A DNA stretch of 64,000 nt from the IMG/VR virus record IMGVR_UViG_3300008448_011250, positions 22,600-86,599 of that record. One strand, given 5' to 3'. Under the pieces are notes generated by a model, which saw nothing but the letters and a program-made list of their open reading frames with translations, was not told where the DNA came from and ran no database searches. This DNA is from a virus. Below, piece after piece: positions 1-10,350 of the stretch. The position numbers and the translations under genes are program-made. Each line of letters starts with the position of its first letter. Within the stretch, counting starts at the first letter, position 1.

Positions 1-2
1 AT

Positions 3-980
3 CCTAATGCAATTCGTAGCGATTTTACATTAACAAGTCATGTTGCAACTACGTGGGATAAAACATTACCTCTTCCGCAGATATCAAATGGAAATATATC
101 AAAACGAGCGAACGGAGATTTTATACCAACACGTAATCCTATAGCATTAGCAACACCATTCCGCGGAGATAAAATTTCAGTAATTGATTTTGGTAAAAGA
201 AAATTAAAAAATGCATATGATTGGAAACGAAAATTTTTCACCGGAAAGCCAAAGTTAGATAACGTTGTACAAGCAATTGCATCCGTTACTGATTTAACGC
301 AAGATTTTATAAAATTTTATTTTACCGGGCCTGCACTTCAAAACGGATTAGAAGATGCCGAAGATGACATAATTGTATTTAGAGCAGTTATAACTTCATT
401 TTCAGAAAATTTTAATCCAGGTTGGACAGACGTAAAAATGATAGGTCGTGCAGATCCGAATTATACATATACTGGATATACTCGCGATGTATCAATTGAT
501 TTTGATATATATGCAACGGATCGGGATGAATTAAAACCAATTTATAGAAAACTTAATGCACTTGCCGGATATACTACTCCTATATATAGTGGCGAATCAA
601 TTGCAATGCAAGCTCCATGGATGCGTTTAACAATTGGCGACTTATATGTGCAAACACCAGTTGTTATGAATTCATTAGCATATACATATGCAATGGATGC
701 TCCATGGGAAATTAATATTGAAGATGATCCAACAATGATGCAAGTTCCGAAGAAAATTTCAGTATCATGTCAATTCAACGTAATTACAGACTACTTACCA
801 CAAAAGGGCGGTCGTTTCTGGACATTAGCTAAGAAATTTGATGTAGATGGAACACCGGCTGCTGGCGGCGATAATTGGTTAAGTGATACATTTGGAAATA
901 TTGATAGAACATTAATTGAAGAAAACAAACGAAAAACTCTAGCCGGCAAAGGAAGCAGGGGCGGAAATCAAACAAATTAA
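3..980 (+). CDS. Baseplate/tail-tube initiator-like protein (5' partial)
   Basis: The frame of the 438..980 ORF is open back to position 3. The motif IGRADPNYTYTGYTRDVSIDF...LTIGDLY...WEI resembles contractile-tail tube-initiator proteins; it precedes wedge- and hub-like genes. Confidence 0.6.
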   Translation, partial: PNAIRSDFTLTSHVATTWDKTLPLPQISNGNISKRANGDFIPTRNPIALATPFRGDKISVIDFGKRKLKNAYDWKRKFFTGKPKLDNVVQAIASVTDLTQDFIKFYFTGPALQNGLEDAEDDIIVFRAVITSFSENFNPGWTDVKMIGRADPNYTYTGYTRDVSIDFDIYATDRDELKPIYRKLNALAGYTTPIYSGESIAMQAPWMRLTIGDLYVQTPVVMNSLAYTYAMDAPWEINIEDDPTMMQVPKKISVSCQFNVITDYLPQKGGRFWTLAKKFDVDGTPAAGGDNWLSDTFGNIDRTLIEENKRKTLAGKGSRGGNQTN

Positions 981-983
981 ACG

Positions 984-1286
984 ATGAGCAGATATTTAAC
1001 AGCATTAACAGAACGAGATAAAGTAACAGAAAAAAGAAAATTATCAACTGTTATAATTCCCGCTGCCCCTATCCGGACAGATGATGTATATATAAAAACA
1101 ATTGGTGTAGAACGTTTAGATAAATTATCCTTATTGTTTTATCAAGATGCTGCATTTTGGTGGGTTATTGCTGCTGCAAATGGTTTAGGAAAAGGCACAT
1201 TGCTTGTTCCATCGGGTATCAACATAAGAATACCAAGTTTTACAAACATGCAAAGTTATATTAATGAAACAAACTCATCACGATGA
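984..1286 (+). CDS. Baseplate wedge subunit, LysM-like (gp53/tail protein X-like)
   Basis: RLDKLSLLFYQDAAFWWVIAAAN...GINIRIP LysM-like signature; baseplate context. Confidence 0.7.
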   Translation: MSRYLTALTERDKVTEKRKLSTVIIPAAPIRTDDVYIKTIGVERLDKLSLLFYQDAAFWWVIAAANGLGKGTLLVPSGINIRIPSFTNMQSYINETNSSR

Positions 1287-4021
1287 ATATATTTTATACA
1301 CAAGTAGATACAAACTTACAAGAAGAATTAAATGCCCGGGGTCGAACTGGATTTCAAAATCGCACTACTAAAGCTATTGATTTCATGGTTGGAAAAATTG
1401 CTAATGTTGAAATAGTAGCATATGAAACGAGTAGTAGTCTTTCAGCTAAAATTGCAGTATTAGGAGGTCGAAACGTACAAATTGGTAGATATTTACCTAG
1501 CGGACCTGAAGGGTATTTAACAGATTATTCTTATAAACAAGAGTCAATTGATTTTTATACGCAAGATGATGTATCAATTGCTCAAACAAATGCAGGACTT
1601 TCTGGAAAAACTACTAATGCAAGCGTCGGCGATGCATATCTTAAACAGACAGAATTAACCGATCGTAGTAGACGTACCGGACCTTATATTACAACCGTCG
1701 ATGTTACAATTGGCGATCATTCCATGGGTTTATTAAATAAAGCTACAGTTAGCATTGTTATTCCAAACGTAGCCCGGGATTTAGATAATATTGAAGATGC
1801 ATGGTTTCGTCCCGGTCGTTATGTATCAATACGAATTGAACACCCTGAAACTGCCGTTGTAACAAGAACAGTTAACAATGCAGGAACTGTCACCGGCGGA
1901 CTATTAGCACCTAAGACATTACCTAATCCAGAGCGAATTAAAGAATTATATCCGGCGTGGGACGTTGATAAATTTCTTAAACAGTATTCAAAAATGAATG
2001 CATTTATATTTGAAGGATTAATTACATCATTTGATTTCTCATATACAGCAGATGGAACTGTAGAAGCAACATTATCATTAACGGGTACTAGTAATGTATA
2101 TTCAGATGTGTCAATGTTTTTAACAGATCCTAAAAAAAATGAAAAAGATTCAACAAAAACTACTAATACTGAAAACTTTAAAGTAGCCCCGACAGGGTCA
2201 ACCATTCCTTCATTATCAGGAGTCGGGCCAGATCAAAATGTAGATCAATTAGTTGAATTGATATATAATCGTATTAATACAATTATAGATAAGTTTAAAT
2301 TAAATTGCGATGCTGCAAAATCATTTACAGATTTTATATTACCATTTTCACTTAATGATTCATTAACGGAACACAACGATTTATTTTTACTAGTAGGTAA
2401 CCAAACATTACCTAAAATACAATCAGTACAAATTCCAGATGCAAACAATGAATATAAATATGCGGGTAATATTAAAAATAAAATCATACAAGTAGCTAAA
2501 CTAGATAAAACGGAAAGAGCTAAAGCATTATCAATTCCAGCTTCTGGTTCTACACCTGCTATACCGCGAGATCCTGCATCTATACCAGATGCATCTACAT
2601 TAATTGATCCAGTTACTAGTGCAACCGGCTTACCGACATTAACTGCAGATAGTACTATTGACGATGTTAACAACGTTGTTCAAATTTTAAGCTTTAATGG
2701 GTTGATAACTGCAGAAGAAAATGATCGTTTTGAACGAGATTTAGAAAGAGCAAAAAATGAACAACAAGCAGCTATAGATCTTGCAATTAAACAAAATACG
2801 CAAAGAGATGAATTTATTAAAAAATTTAATACTAGTCCAGAAGCTACTTATAATTTTAATCGTTATATTACATTAGGTGCGTTAATCTATATAATTAATG
2901 AAGAAATTATTAAAAAAGCTGCAACGCCTGGTCAATTAGCTCAAATTATACATACAGATGAATTATGTTTTAGTAATTATTATCCTAGATTAGTATCAAC
3001 ACGTCCCGAAGATATATTATTTCTACCAGAAAAACCAGATGCATTTAATGATATGAATTCATATGGCACAGATGCGGCAGTTGGATTGGTATATTATAAA
3101 AACGTTGTTAAACAATTTAATGATACGGGCTTATCTCGCGAATCATTAAAAAACTCCGGATTTAAACCATGGCCCGGTGTTTATAAAAAAGCTGATTCGT
3201 CAACGGGCGTTATGTATCCTAGTAGAATTTTTATTAATATCGAATCAATTAATCGCATAATTAATGCAATAACTGCTCAAGGAAAAAATGCATTTACAAT
3301 AAAAACATTTATAGCAAACATATCAGATTTAGTTTCCAAATGTAGTGGAAATGCAATAGATTTAAAATTAGTATCATATCCTGACGATCAAAACAAATTG
3401 TTATTAGCAGATACGCGATATTTAAAATCTAAAAATGAAACAGTAATACCGTATTCAGTTCCAATGTTTGCAAATCACCCGAATGGAAGCGTAGTATTAG
3501 AATTTTCTTTCACAGCAAAATTACCAGAAAATGTTAAAAATTTATCTTATGTATTAAATCAGGGTGATACTGTAACAGAAGAACAAATTGCACCTTATAT
3601 GAATTTCATGTATAATTCAAAAAATCCAGAACAAATTAATAAAGCATTAAATTTATATCGAGAAAAATTTAATGAATCTATAAAACAATTGGAAGAAGCT
3701 AGAATTAATTATGGTGCATCCCCTGGAGTTCCGGAACGAGCACGAGCGTTATACAAAGCTATTACTAGTTATATCAAGTATCCAACAAATGATATTAAAA
3801 CATCTCAACAAATAACTGCTCCAATATTTCCTTTTGAAGTTAAATTTACAATTGATGGAATCAACGGATTACGTTATGGCGATGTATTAACATTTGACGC
3901 GTTGCCTAGTAAATATCGAGAAAATACGGTATTTAGTGTTATAGGACTAACGCATACGGTTTCAACCGAAGGGGATTGGCGAACTGAAGTTAGATGCATA
4001 ATGAGACCTAGTATAGATTAA
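1283..4021 (+). CDS. Large baseplate hub-like structural protein
   Basis: 912 aa. GLITSFDFSYTADG and the C-terminal FTIDGINGLRYGD...VIGLTHTVSTEGDWRTEV are typical of hub/late-control-D-like proteins; follows the LysM wedge gene. Confidence 0.55.
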   Translation: MNIFYTQVDTNLQEELNARGRTGFQNRTTKAIDFMVGKIANVEIVAYETSSSLSAKIAVLGGRNVQIGRYLPSGPEGYLTDYSYKQESIDFYTQDDVSIAQTNAGLSGKTTNASVGDAYLKQTELTDRSRRTGPYITTVDVTIGDHSMGLLNKATVSIVIPNVARDLDNIEDAWFRPGRYVSIRIEHPETAVVTRTVNNAGTVTGGLLAPKTLPNPERIKELYPAWDVDKFLKQYSKMNAFIFEGLITSFDFSYTADGTVEATLSLTGTSNVYSDVSMFLTDPKKNEKDSTKTTNTENFKVAPTGSTIPSLSGVGPDQNVDQLVELIYNRINTIIDKFKLNCDAAKSFTDFILPFSLNDSLTEHNDLFLLVGNQTLPKIQSVQIPDANNEYKYAGNIKNKIIQVAKLDKTERAKALSIPASGSTPAIPRDPASIPDASTLIDPVTSATGLPTLTADSTIDDVNNVVQILSFNGLITAEENDRFERDLERAKNEQQAAIDLAIKQNTQRDEFIKKFNTSPEATYNFNRYITLGALIYIINEEIIKKAATPGQLAQIIHTDELCFSNYYPRLVSTRPEDILFLPEKPDAFNDMNSYGTDAAVGLVYYKNVVKQFNDTGLSRESLKNSGFKPWPGVYKKADSSTGVMYPSRIFINIESINRIINAITAQGKNAFTIKTFIANISDLVSKCSGNAIDLKLVSYPDDQNKLLLADTRYLKSKNETVIPYSVPMFANHPNGSVVLEFSFTAKLPENVKNLSYVLNQGDTVTEEQIAPYMNFMYNSKNPEQINKALNLYREKFNESIKQLEEARINYGASPGVPERARALYKAITSYIKYPTNDIKTSQQITAPIFPFEVKFTIDGINGLRYGDVLTFDALPSKYRENTVFSVIGLTHTVSTEGDWRTEVRCIMRPSID

Positions 4022-4025
4022 AAAT

Positions 4026-4643
4026 ATGGCACGTTTAAAATTATATTATCCCGCAGAAGAAATTACTAATAATCTTTATACATTTGGTTCGGAATTAATG
4101 ACTGAAGATAATGTAGAATATGTAGGTCCGTTTCATCGTTATGTTACTGGTGAAGTATATACTGGTTCAACTTGGAACGCAAAAACATCAAAAAAATTAG
4201 TTGTATTTCAACAACAAAATAAAATAACAATTTACAATACACTAAAACCAGATATAAAAGTAAAGTATATAACGCCAAAACGCATACAGCCGCAAATAAC
4301 ATCAGCTGATATTTCGAGAGGTTCGATTCAACGTTATTTTATTTGCAAACAAAATGAACGCATTATTTTTGAAGTAGATGCCGCACAATACAATGACTGG
4401 ACTAGCAATGTTATTGATAATAAAATATACATTGCAACGCGTATTGAATGGACAATAACGGGGCCTATACAAGATTCACAAAAAGGAAACGTTTTAATAC
4501 CAGGCGCTACAACTAAAAATATACAACAAATAAAAGTTGCAACACGTACGATTCCAGCAATTGCTTCAATTTTAACAGACCCTTTAGAATTCTATACAGA
4601 TACGGATTACATTGCACCCGTCGACATTAACGGTTTGAAATAA
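4026..4643 (+). CDS. Hypothetical phage protein (likely baseplate-associated)
   Basis: 205-aa ORF 4 nt after the hub-like gene; YVGPFH and IQRYFICK motifs; no function recognised. Confidence 0.5.
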   Translation: MARLKLYYPAEEITNNLYTFGSELMTEDNVEYVGPFHRYVTGEVYTGSTWNAKTSKKLVVFQQQNKITIYNTLKPDIKVKYITPKRIQPQITSADISRGSIQRYFICKQNERIIFEVDAAQYNDWTSNVIDNKIYIATRIEWTITGPIQDSQKGNVLIPGATTKNIQQIKVATRTIPAIASILTDPLEFYTDTDYIAPVDINGLK

Positions 4644-4662
4644 GAAAATAATTTCATATATT
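4634..4662 (+). promoter_or_regulatory. Class I (early/middle) promoter TT(T/G)GA-N-TATA(A/T)T
   Basis: TTTGAA(4634)-17 nt-TATATT(4657); ATG 7 nt downstream. The same geometry recurs at 11 other sites. Confidence 0.65.
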
Positions 4663-4669
4663 ACCATTA

Positions 4670-5992
4670 ATGATAGTGGATTGTATAGAAGATGCCCAAA
4701 GTACATTACAAGCAGTTTTAAATCGACGTGCATTGTTAGTACCAATATTTTCTAGCCCTACCCATCATGTTACGCAAAATCCGTTATGTGCTATATACAT
4801 TTATACGGAAGATGATGTAGAACGACTAATACCGATACGACATACTGAACAGATAAGGGGCTTTTCAGAACTTGTCCCGGAGTTCTTAGCATTAGAGAAT
4901 ATCTTTGTTCATGACAAGAAGCAGTGGTTACAAACGGGAGGTAATGGTGCTGTATGGGATGTTAAAACATTGTGGTGGTATACATACGGTGAAGCATATG
5001 ATGAAAGTCATTATCCAACCACAGCACACAATTTTTATTGGAGACGTCACGCTGCAATGCCACAAGTAAATGCAATTGTTCCTTTACAGCAACATTTAGC
5101 AATGTGTCAAAAGATACGACACTATGCCTGGCCAATGTGTGTTAATGCAGAACGATCAGAATCCTATTTGCAATTTAATGCAACATATCCAGAAGTATTT
5201 GCAACGTTGGAATCTGCAGGATTAGCAGTTAATGAAACATTTCGAATGCCAGAATTGATACATAAAGGACAAGTATATTCACAATACAATTATCACACCA
5301 CAACGGGTCGTCCTAGCAATGCATTTCGAGGATTCAATTTTGCGGCAATGAATAAAGAAGATGGAACCAGAGCAGCATTTTGCAGTCGCTTCGATAATGG
5401 TGCACTAGTAGAAATGGACTTTGATTCATATCACGTTAGATTGATTGCTCGATTAGTAGGATATGCATTGCCCGCATCATCGATTCATGATTACTTAGGA
5501 CGATTTTATTTTGACACTGCAGAATTAACAGATACTCAACGTGAAGAAAGCAAAGCAATAACATTTCGTTTGCTATATGGAGGTATCGATCGAGAATTTT
5601 TAGCAATACCATTTTTTGAAAAAGTAAATGCATTTATATATGAGTTGTGGTCTAAATGGAAATCTAGAGGATACATTGAAACACCCGTACTTAAACGGCG
5701 ATTAACTGCAGACACATTAAAAAATATGACAGCAAACAAATTGTTTAACTACTTTTTGCAAGCTGTTGAAACGGAAGTATCCGTACAAAAGTTACGGCAA
5801 GTACAAAATGTATTAAACCCAATGAAAAGCAAAATGGTGTTATATACATATGACTCGGTACTTTTTGATATTGAATATACAGAAGCAAAAACATTATTAC
5901 CAACTATTAAGAATATGTTAGAACAAGGAAACTTTCCGGTTAAAACAAAAGTTGGCGATATTTATGATAAAATGAAAACTATATCTCTATGA
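4670..5992 (+). CDS. Short, divergent family A DNA polymerase-like protein
   Basis: TTTGRPS, motif A DFDSYHVR, motif B REESKAITFRLLYGG, motif C YTYDSVLFD; only 440 aa. Confidence 0.8.
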   Translation: MIVDCIEDAQSTLQAVLNRRALLVPIFSSPTHHVTQNPLCAIYIYTEDDVERLIPIRHTEQIRGFSELVPEFLALENIFVHDKKQWLQTGGNGAVWDVKTLWWYTYGEAYDESHYPTTAHNFYWRRHAAMPQVNAIVPLQQHLAMCQKIRHYAWPMCVNAERSESYLQFNATYPEVFATLESAGLAVNETFRMPELIHKGQVYSQYNYHTTTGRPSNAFRGFNFAAMNKEDGTRAAFCSRFDNGALVEMDFDSYHVRLIARLVGYALPASSIHDYLGRFYFDTAELTDTQREESKAITFRLLYGGIDREFLAIPFFEKVNAFIYELWSKWKSRGYIETPVLKRRLTADTLKNMTANKLFNYFLQAVETEVSVQKLRQVQNVLNPMKSKMVLYTYDSVLFDIEYTEAKTLLPTIKNMLEQGNFPVKTKVGDIYDKMKTISL

Positions 5993-7245
5993 CCATAGAT
6001 TCAATTTTAACAGAATGGAGTTACAGATTACCAAAAGGTTATCCTACTCGTTCTAAAGATTATGAATTGTTATATCATGTTATTCTAGAAATGACTGAAT
6101 TAACACCGTTAGAAGCTCGTGCCGTAGTTAATCGTGCACAAGGCGTAATAACAGAACAAGTAGAATTTTCACAATTAAATTTATCTGATGATTTAACTCA
6201 ACAGATACAAGATCGATATGAAGATTTATCTCCGCAAGAAAAACTAGAATTTGAAAAAAATTATCGACAACATACCGTTGATTCTTTTATGTCAAGCGGA
6301 TACAAATCATTTACTAAATTTTATGATATTTTACCAACCGGCAAATCTGCAGCAGGTATGGGTAAAGGTGAAATTGAAATTTTATTAGCAGTAAAAGATT
6401 CACAACCTGGAGGAACGGCATCTCATGATATTATTATGCCCGGTGGAGAATGGGAAGTTAAAGAAATCGGTAAATTACCCAGACCTACCAAATCTGGAGA
6501 AATGGGTAAAGCACCAGAAGGAAAAACATTTCGTCCTGCAAAATCAGGAATGCCAGTTGACGGTGACTTATTAACGCAGACAGTAAACTTTTTTAATGAT
6601 ATCATAAAGCCATTAGCTGAAATGGGTGATTCATTTGAAGAATTAAAAGATCTAGTAGATCCGCATTCTTGGAAACAATTAAATGATTTGATTCAAGTAT
6701 TAGAAAAAGTATTTGTTCCATTAATGGATAATGTAGCTAGTACAGAAATAAGTTACAAAAGCGGTTGGGCTCAAATGTATCGGGGTTGGCAATTAATCCA
6801 TGAAATTTTATGGAAATCTGAATTAGATGCAGATATACGAGATACTAGATTAACAATCAAAACTGGAAGTCAAACATTATCATATTGGATAACAGCAGAA
6901 GATTTTGAAAAGATACAACAAGGTTCCGGCGAGCAAAATGAAGTTTCTATTAAAATAGGACAACAAATTAGCAACGAAACAAATAATGCAGCAATTTGGT
7001 TTAATAAATTAAAACATAATGATTTAGTTCGTAATCCAAATTACATGATACAATTATTGAATACTACAAAAAATAAATTCTTTGAAGGAATTTTAGGACT
7101 GATTGCATACGATGTTAATAATCCAGGAATTCCGATTGTAACGGACGCAACGGATTGGGCTATTATAGGATTATCTCAAGGAATGTGGGTATTTGGATTG
7201 AAAGCAGTATACCCTAAATATGAATTTATACAACAACAATCGTAA
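5989..7245 (+). CDS. Hypothetical protein with possible PD-(D/E)xK nuclease-like core
   Basis: GKGEI...HDIIMPGGEWEVKE resembles E...D...ExK; N-terminal ILTE/VITE possible processing sites. Confidence 0.4.
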   Translation: MTIDSILTEWSYRLPKGYPTRSKDYELLYHVILEMTELTPLEARAVVNRAQGVITEQVEFSQLNLSDDLTQQIQDRYEDLSPQEKLEFEKNYRQHTVDSFMSSGYKSFTKFYDILPTGKSAAGMGKGEIEILLAVKDSQPGGTASHDIIMPGGEWEVKEIGKLPRPTKSGEMGKAPEGKTFRPAKSGMPVDGDLLTQTVNFFNDIIKPLAEMGDSFEELKDLVDPHSWKQLNDLIQVLEKVFVPLMDNVASTEISYKSGWAQMYRGWQLIHEILWKSELDADIRDTRLTIKTGSQTLSYWITAEDFEKIQQGSGEQNEVSIKIGQQISNETNNAAIWFNKLKHNDLVRNPNYMIQLLNTTKNKFFEGILGLIAYDVNNPGIPIVTDATDWAIIGLSQGMWVFGLKAVYPKYEFIQQQS

Positions 7246-7257
7246 GGATGAGGACGA

Positions 7258-7644
7258 GTGAAAACACAATTACTTTGCACATTTGCACATAGATCGGATT
7301 TAAACATAATAACCGAATACATACAACAAAGCTACACGATACCAGAAAGACGAATCTTTGTATTTTCAAATGCAGAAGCTACAGACAATTTGTATTGCAC
7401 ATACAATGCAGATGCTGGAACACAAAGAGGACAAAATACTATAAGCATACATCGAAAAAAAGAAACAAACACATTGTATACAGTAAATGCTTTGAATGAG
7501 ATAATTCGAATTGTAAACAACGGAGTGTTAGACAAAACTTACCAATTGGATTGGACGATGTATGAAAATTCTTTTATCCTTACTGATGAAGGAGGCTATC
7601 GCATAATTCCACTTGTTTTCTTTAAGAAAATTACCTGGAAGTAA
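7258..7644 (+). CDS. Hypothetical phage protein
   Basis: 128 aa, GTG start with AGGA upstream; HRKKETNTLYTVNALN motif. Confidence 0.6.
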   Translation: MKTQLLCTFAHRSDLNIITEYIQQSYTIPERRIFVFSNAEATDNLYCTYNADAGTQRGQNTISIHRKKETNTLYTVNALNEIIRIVNNGVLDKTYQLDWTMYENSFILTDEGGYRIIPLVFFKKITWK

Positions 7645-7652
7645 TATTTATA
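7644..7652 (+). promoter_or_regulatory. Class II (putative late) promoter ATATTTAT(A/T)
   Basis: ATATTTATA at the gene junction, 13 nt before ATG 7666; recurs at 11 other gene junctions. Confidence 0.65.
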
Positions 7653-7665
7653 TATAGGAACAGTC

Positions 7666-8292
7666 ATGAAAAAATTAGAAAATATACTTGCAGAAAATAT
7701 GCGCCGATTTGGTACCAAGAATCTAAATGAACAAGAAGAACAAGACTTTCTTAATGTATATCTAGAAGATTTTAAAAAACAAGGTTGGACATTGGAGTCT
7801 GGAGTTGCAAAAGGTGTTGGAGGTATGACTGACGGACGGAGTACAAATACATTAACAAAAAATGATATGCAAATTATTTTTACCAGCAATGCACTAACAG
7901 GGATTAAAGTTTCTGTTAAAATATTTCCATCTGATATGGGTAGTGATAATTTGCAAAATAAAGATTTAGCAAATGCATTTAAGGCATATAATCATAAGAC
8001 TCCTCCGGATATAATAAAACTTCCTCGACCACACGAATCTGGAGAATTCAAATTTTGGTATGCGACAGTAAATTATTCAACTGTTGGCAAAACAAAAGAA
8101 TCTACGCCATTTTACAAATATTATGCTGATATCATTAAACTTTCTCAAATTAGTGATAAATTTTCAGCAGTTAATAACATGAATGTAAAAGATCAATTAA
8201 AAACTGCCGGCAGCGCATTAAAAACAGGTTTTGGCCAATTGGCAGGAAAAGCAAAAGCTGCAATTGCCAAAACAAATGCAACGCCAGAATAA
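7666..8292 (+). CDS. Hypothetical protein with LAENMRRFGTKNLxE leader (putative virion internal protein)
   Basis: 13-aa leader identical to that of 27951..28385; class II promoter upstream. Confidence 0.55.
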   Translation: MKKLENILAENMRRFGTKNLNEQEEQDFLNVYLEDFKKQGWTLESGVAKGVGGMTDGRSTNTLTKNDMQIIFTSNALTGIKVSVKIFPSDMGSDNLQNKDLANAFKAYNHKTPPDIIKLPRPHESGEFKFWYATVNYSTVGKTKESTPFYKYYADIIKLSQISDKFSAVNNMNVKDQLKTAGSALKTGFGQLAGKAKAAIAKTNATPE

Positions 8293-8321
8293 TAATTTAT
8301 TCAAAAAAATTAACAATTAAC

Positions 8322-8350
8322 TTTGATTTATCCCATTAATTATCTATATT
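8322..8350 (+). promoter_or_regulatory. Class I promoter
   Basis: TTTGAT-17 nt-TATATT upstream of the SSB gene. Confidence 0.6.
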
Positions 8351-8396
8351 ATAATTAATATTTTATTTTATTAACCAATTAACAAAAGGAAGACTT

Positions 8397-9176
8397 ATGG
8401 CACTTAACTTAGATGCAATTAAGGCAAAACTTAATCAGTTAAACAAAGCTGATGACAAAAAACAAAATTTGTGGAAGCCCGAAGCTGGCAAAACAAGAAT
8501 TCGAATTGTACCTTACGTACACAGAAAAGACAATCCATTTCTAGAATTGTATTTCCATTACGACATTGGTAAAAGATCAATGTTATCACCAATCACATTT
8601 GGTAATGCAGATCCAATCGTTGAATTTGCAGAAAAGCTAAAAAAGACTGGCGATAAAGATGAATGGCTAATGGGCCGTAAAATTGAGCCGAAAATGAGAA
8701 CTTATGTTCCTGTAATCATTCGCGGTAAAGAATCTGAAGGAGTTAAATTTTGGGGATTTGGAAAACAAATCTATACAGAATTGTTATCAATCATTTCAGA
8801 TCCAGATTATGGTGACATTACAGATTTGATGAATGGACGCGATATTGATGTTGAATTCACACCAGCAGAAGGCGGAGCATATCCTAAGACAGCAATTCGA
8901 GTTAAGCCTAATACACAGGCAGCAACTGAAGACAAAGAAATTGCTCAAAAAATTATGAATCAACCGCAAATTACCGATTTATTTCCAGAACCAACTTATG
9001 ACGAACTAGAAAAAGCATTAGCTGAATGGATGAATCCAGAAAATGCAGATTCAGATGTTGAAGAATCAGATGAAGAAGAAGAAACAGTAGCAACAGCTCC
9101 TGCAAAAGCAGCAAAGCCAGCAGCAACTAAACAAACAGATGTAGCATCTGCATTTGATGATCTATTCAATTCTTAA
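8397..9176 (+). CDS. gp32-like single-stranded DNA-binding protein
   Basis: WKPEAGKTRIRIVP, ELYFHY, GVKFWGFGKQIY, DITDLMNGRD; acidic tail ending FDDLFNS; upstream of recA. Confidence 0.85.
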   Translation: MALNLDAIKAKLNQLNKADDKKQNLWKPEAGKTRIRIVPYVHRKDNPFLELYFHYDIGKRSMLSPITFGNADPIVEFAEKLKKTGDKDEWLMGRKIEPKMRTYVPVIIRGKESEGVKFWGFGKQIYTELLSIISDPDYGDITDLMNGRDIDVEFTPAEGGAYPKTAIRVKPNTQAATEDKEIAQKIMNQPQITDLFPEPTYDELEKALAEWMNPENADSDVEESDEEEETVATAPAKAAKPAATKQTDVASAFDDLFNS

Positions 9177-9189
9177 GAAGGAGTTATAA

Positions 9190-10350
9190 ATGGCAAAAAG
9201 TAAAAGTAAACTGGAAATCGAGGACAGCTTAGCAAACACCCTTGCAGAATCAATCAACAAACAATTCAAAGGGCAATCGTTAAAAACTGCTTTCTTTTTA
9301 GCCGGCGATGATGATTCTCCTAGCAATGTTAAAGAATGGATTTCATCTGGTTGTGATTCTTTAGATTTAGCAATATCTAATAGACCACACGGAGGTTTTC
9401 CGGTAGGAAGAATAACTGAGATAACTGGATTGGAAGCATCGGGTAAATCTTTATTAGCATCACATACCTTAGCAGAAACACAAAAGAAAGGTGGCTTAGC
9501 TGTTTATATTGATACAGAAGCTGCAACTAGTAGTGAGTTTTTAACGGCTATTGGGGTTGATTTAAAAACCATGTTGTATGTCCCATTAGAGACAGTTGAG
9601 GAAATATTCGAAACAATTGAAACTATAGTTGAACAAGTCCGAAAGTCAGACAAAGATCGTTTAGTTACAATCATTGTTGACTCAATAATGGGTGCTTCAA
9701 CTAAAATTGAAATGTCTGCCGAATATGACAAAGATGGTTATGCAACATCAAAATCAATCATTTTATCAAAGGCAATGCGTAAAGTTACCAATTGGATTGC
9801 ACGAGAAAGAATTTGTCTCATATTTACCAATCAGTTACGTACCAAAATGGGAGTGTCTTTTGGCGACCAATGGACAACTGCAGGTGGTAAGGCAATTCCA
9901 TTCCACGCATCAGTTAGACTTCGTTTGAAAAATACAGGTATGATCAAAGCTAAAATAAATGGCGTTGAACAAGTTGTAGGAAGTAAAACAGAAGTACAAG
10001 TTGTTAAGAATCGTATGGGTCCACCACACCGCAAAGTTAATTACGAAATCTATTATGATAGCGGAATTGACAATTACGGTGGTTGGTTAGAAACTATGAA
10101 AAAGTTTGATTTAGTTAAACAATCTGGAGCACATTATACATTGGAAGATGTTGATATTATAACAGGCGAAAGTTTTGGCGAAATCAAATTTCAATCAAAG
10201 AATTTTATTGATAAGGTAATTGCATTACCAGAAGTAAAAGAACGGTTATATCAAAGAATTTGCGATGCATATATCTTCAAATACCAAGCAGGTATCGATG
10301 GCGGAATTGATGATGTAATAATCACTGATGAAGTTTATGATGAAGAATAA
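9190..10350 (+). CDS. recA: RecA/UvsX recombinase
   Basis: GRITEITGLEASGKS Walker A, YIDTE, IIVDS, FTNQLR, TTAGGKAIPFHASVRL, KNRMGPP. Confidence 0.95.
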   Translation: MAKSKSKLEIEDSLANTLAESINKQFKGQSLKTAFFLAGDDDSPSNVKEWISSGCDSLDLAISNRPHGGFPVGRITEITGLEASGKSLLASHTLAETQKKGGLAVYIDTEAATSSEFLTAIGVDLKTMLYVPLETVEEIFETIETIVEQVRKSDKDRLVTIIVDSIMGASTKIEMSAEYDKDGYATSKSIILSKAMRKVTNWIARERICLIFTNQLRTKMGVSFGDQWTTAGGKAIPFHASVRLRLKNTGMIKAKINGVEQVVGSKTEVQVVKNRMGPPHRKVNYEIYYDSGIDNYGGWLETMKKFDLVKQSGAHYTLEDVDIITGESFGEIKFQSKNFIDKVIALPEVKERLYQRICDAYIFKYQAGIDGGIDDVIITDEVYDEE

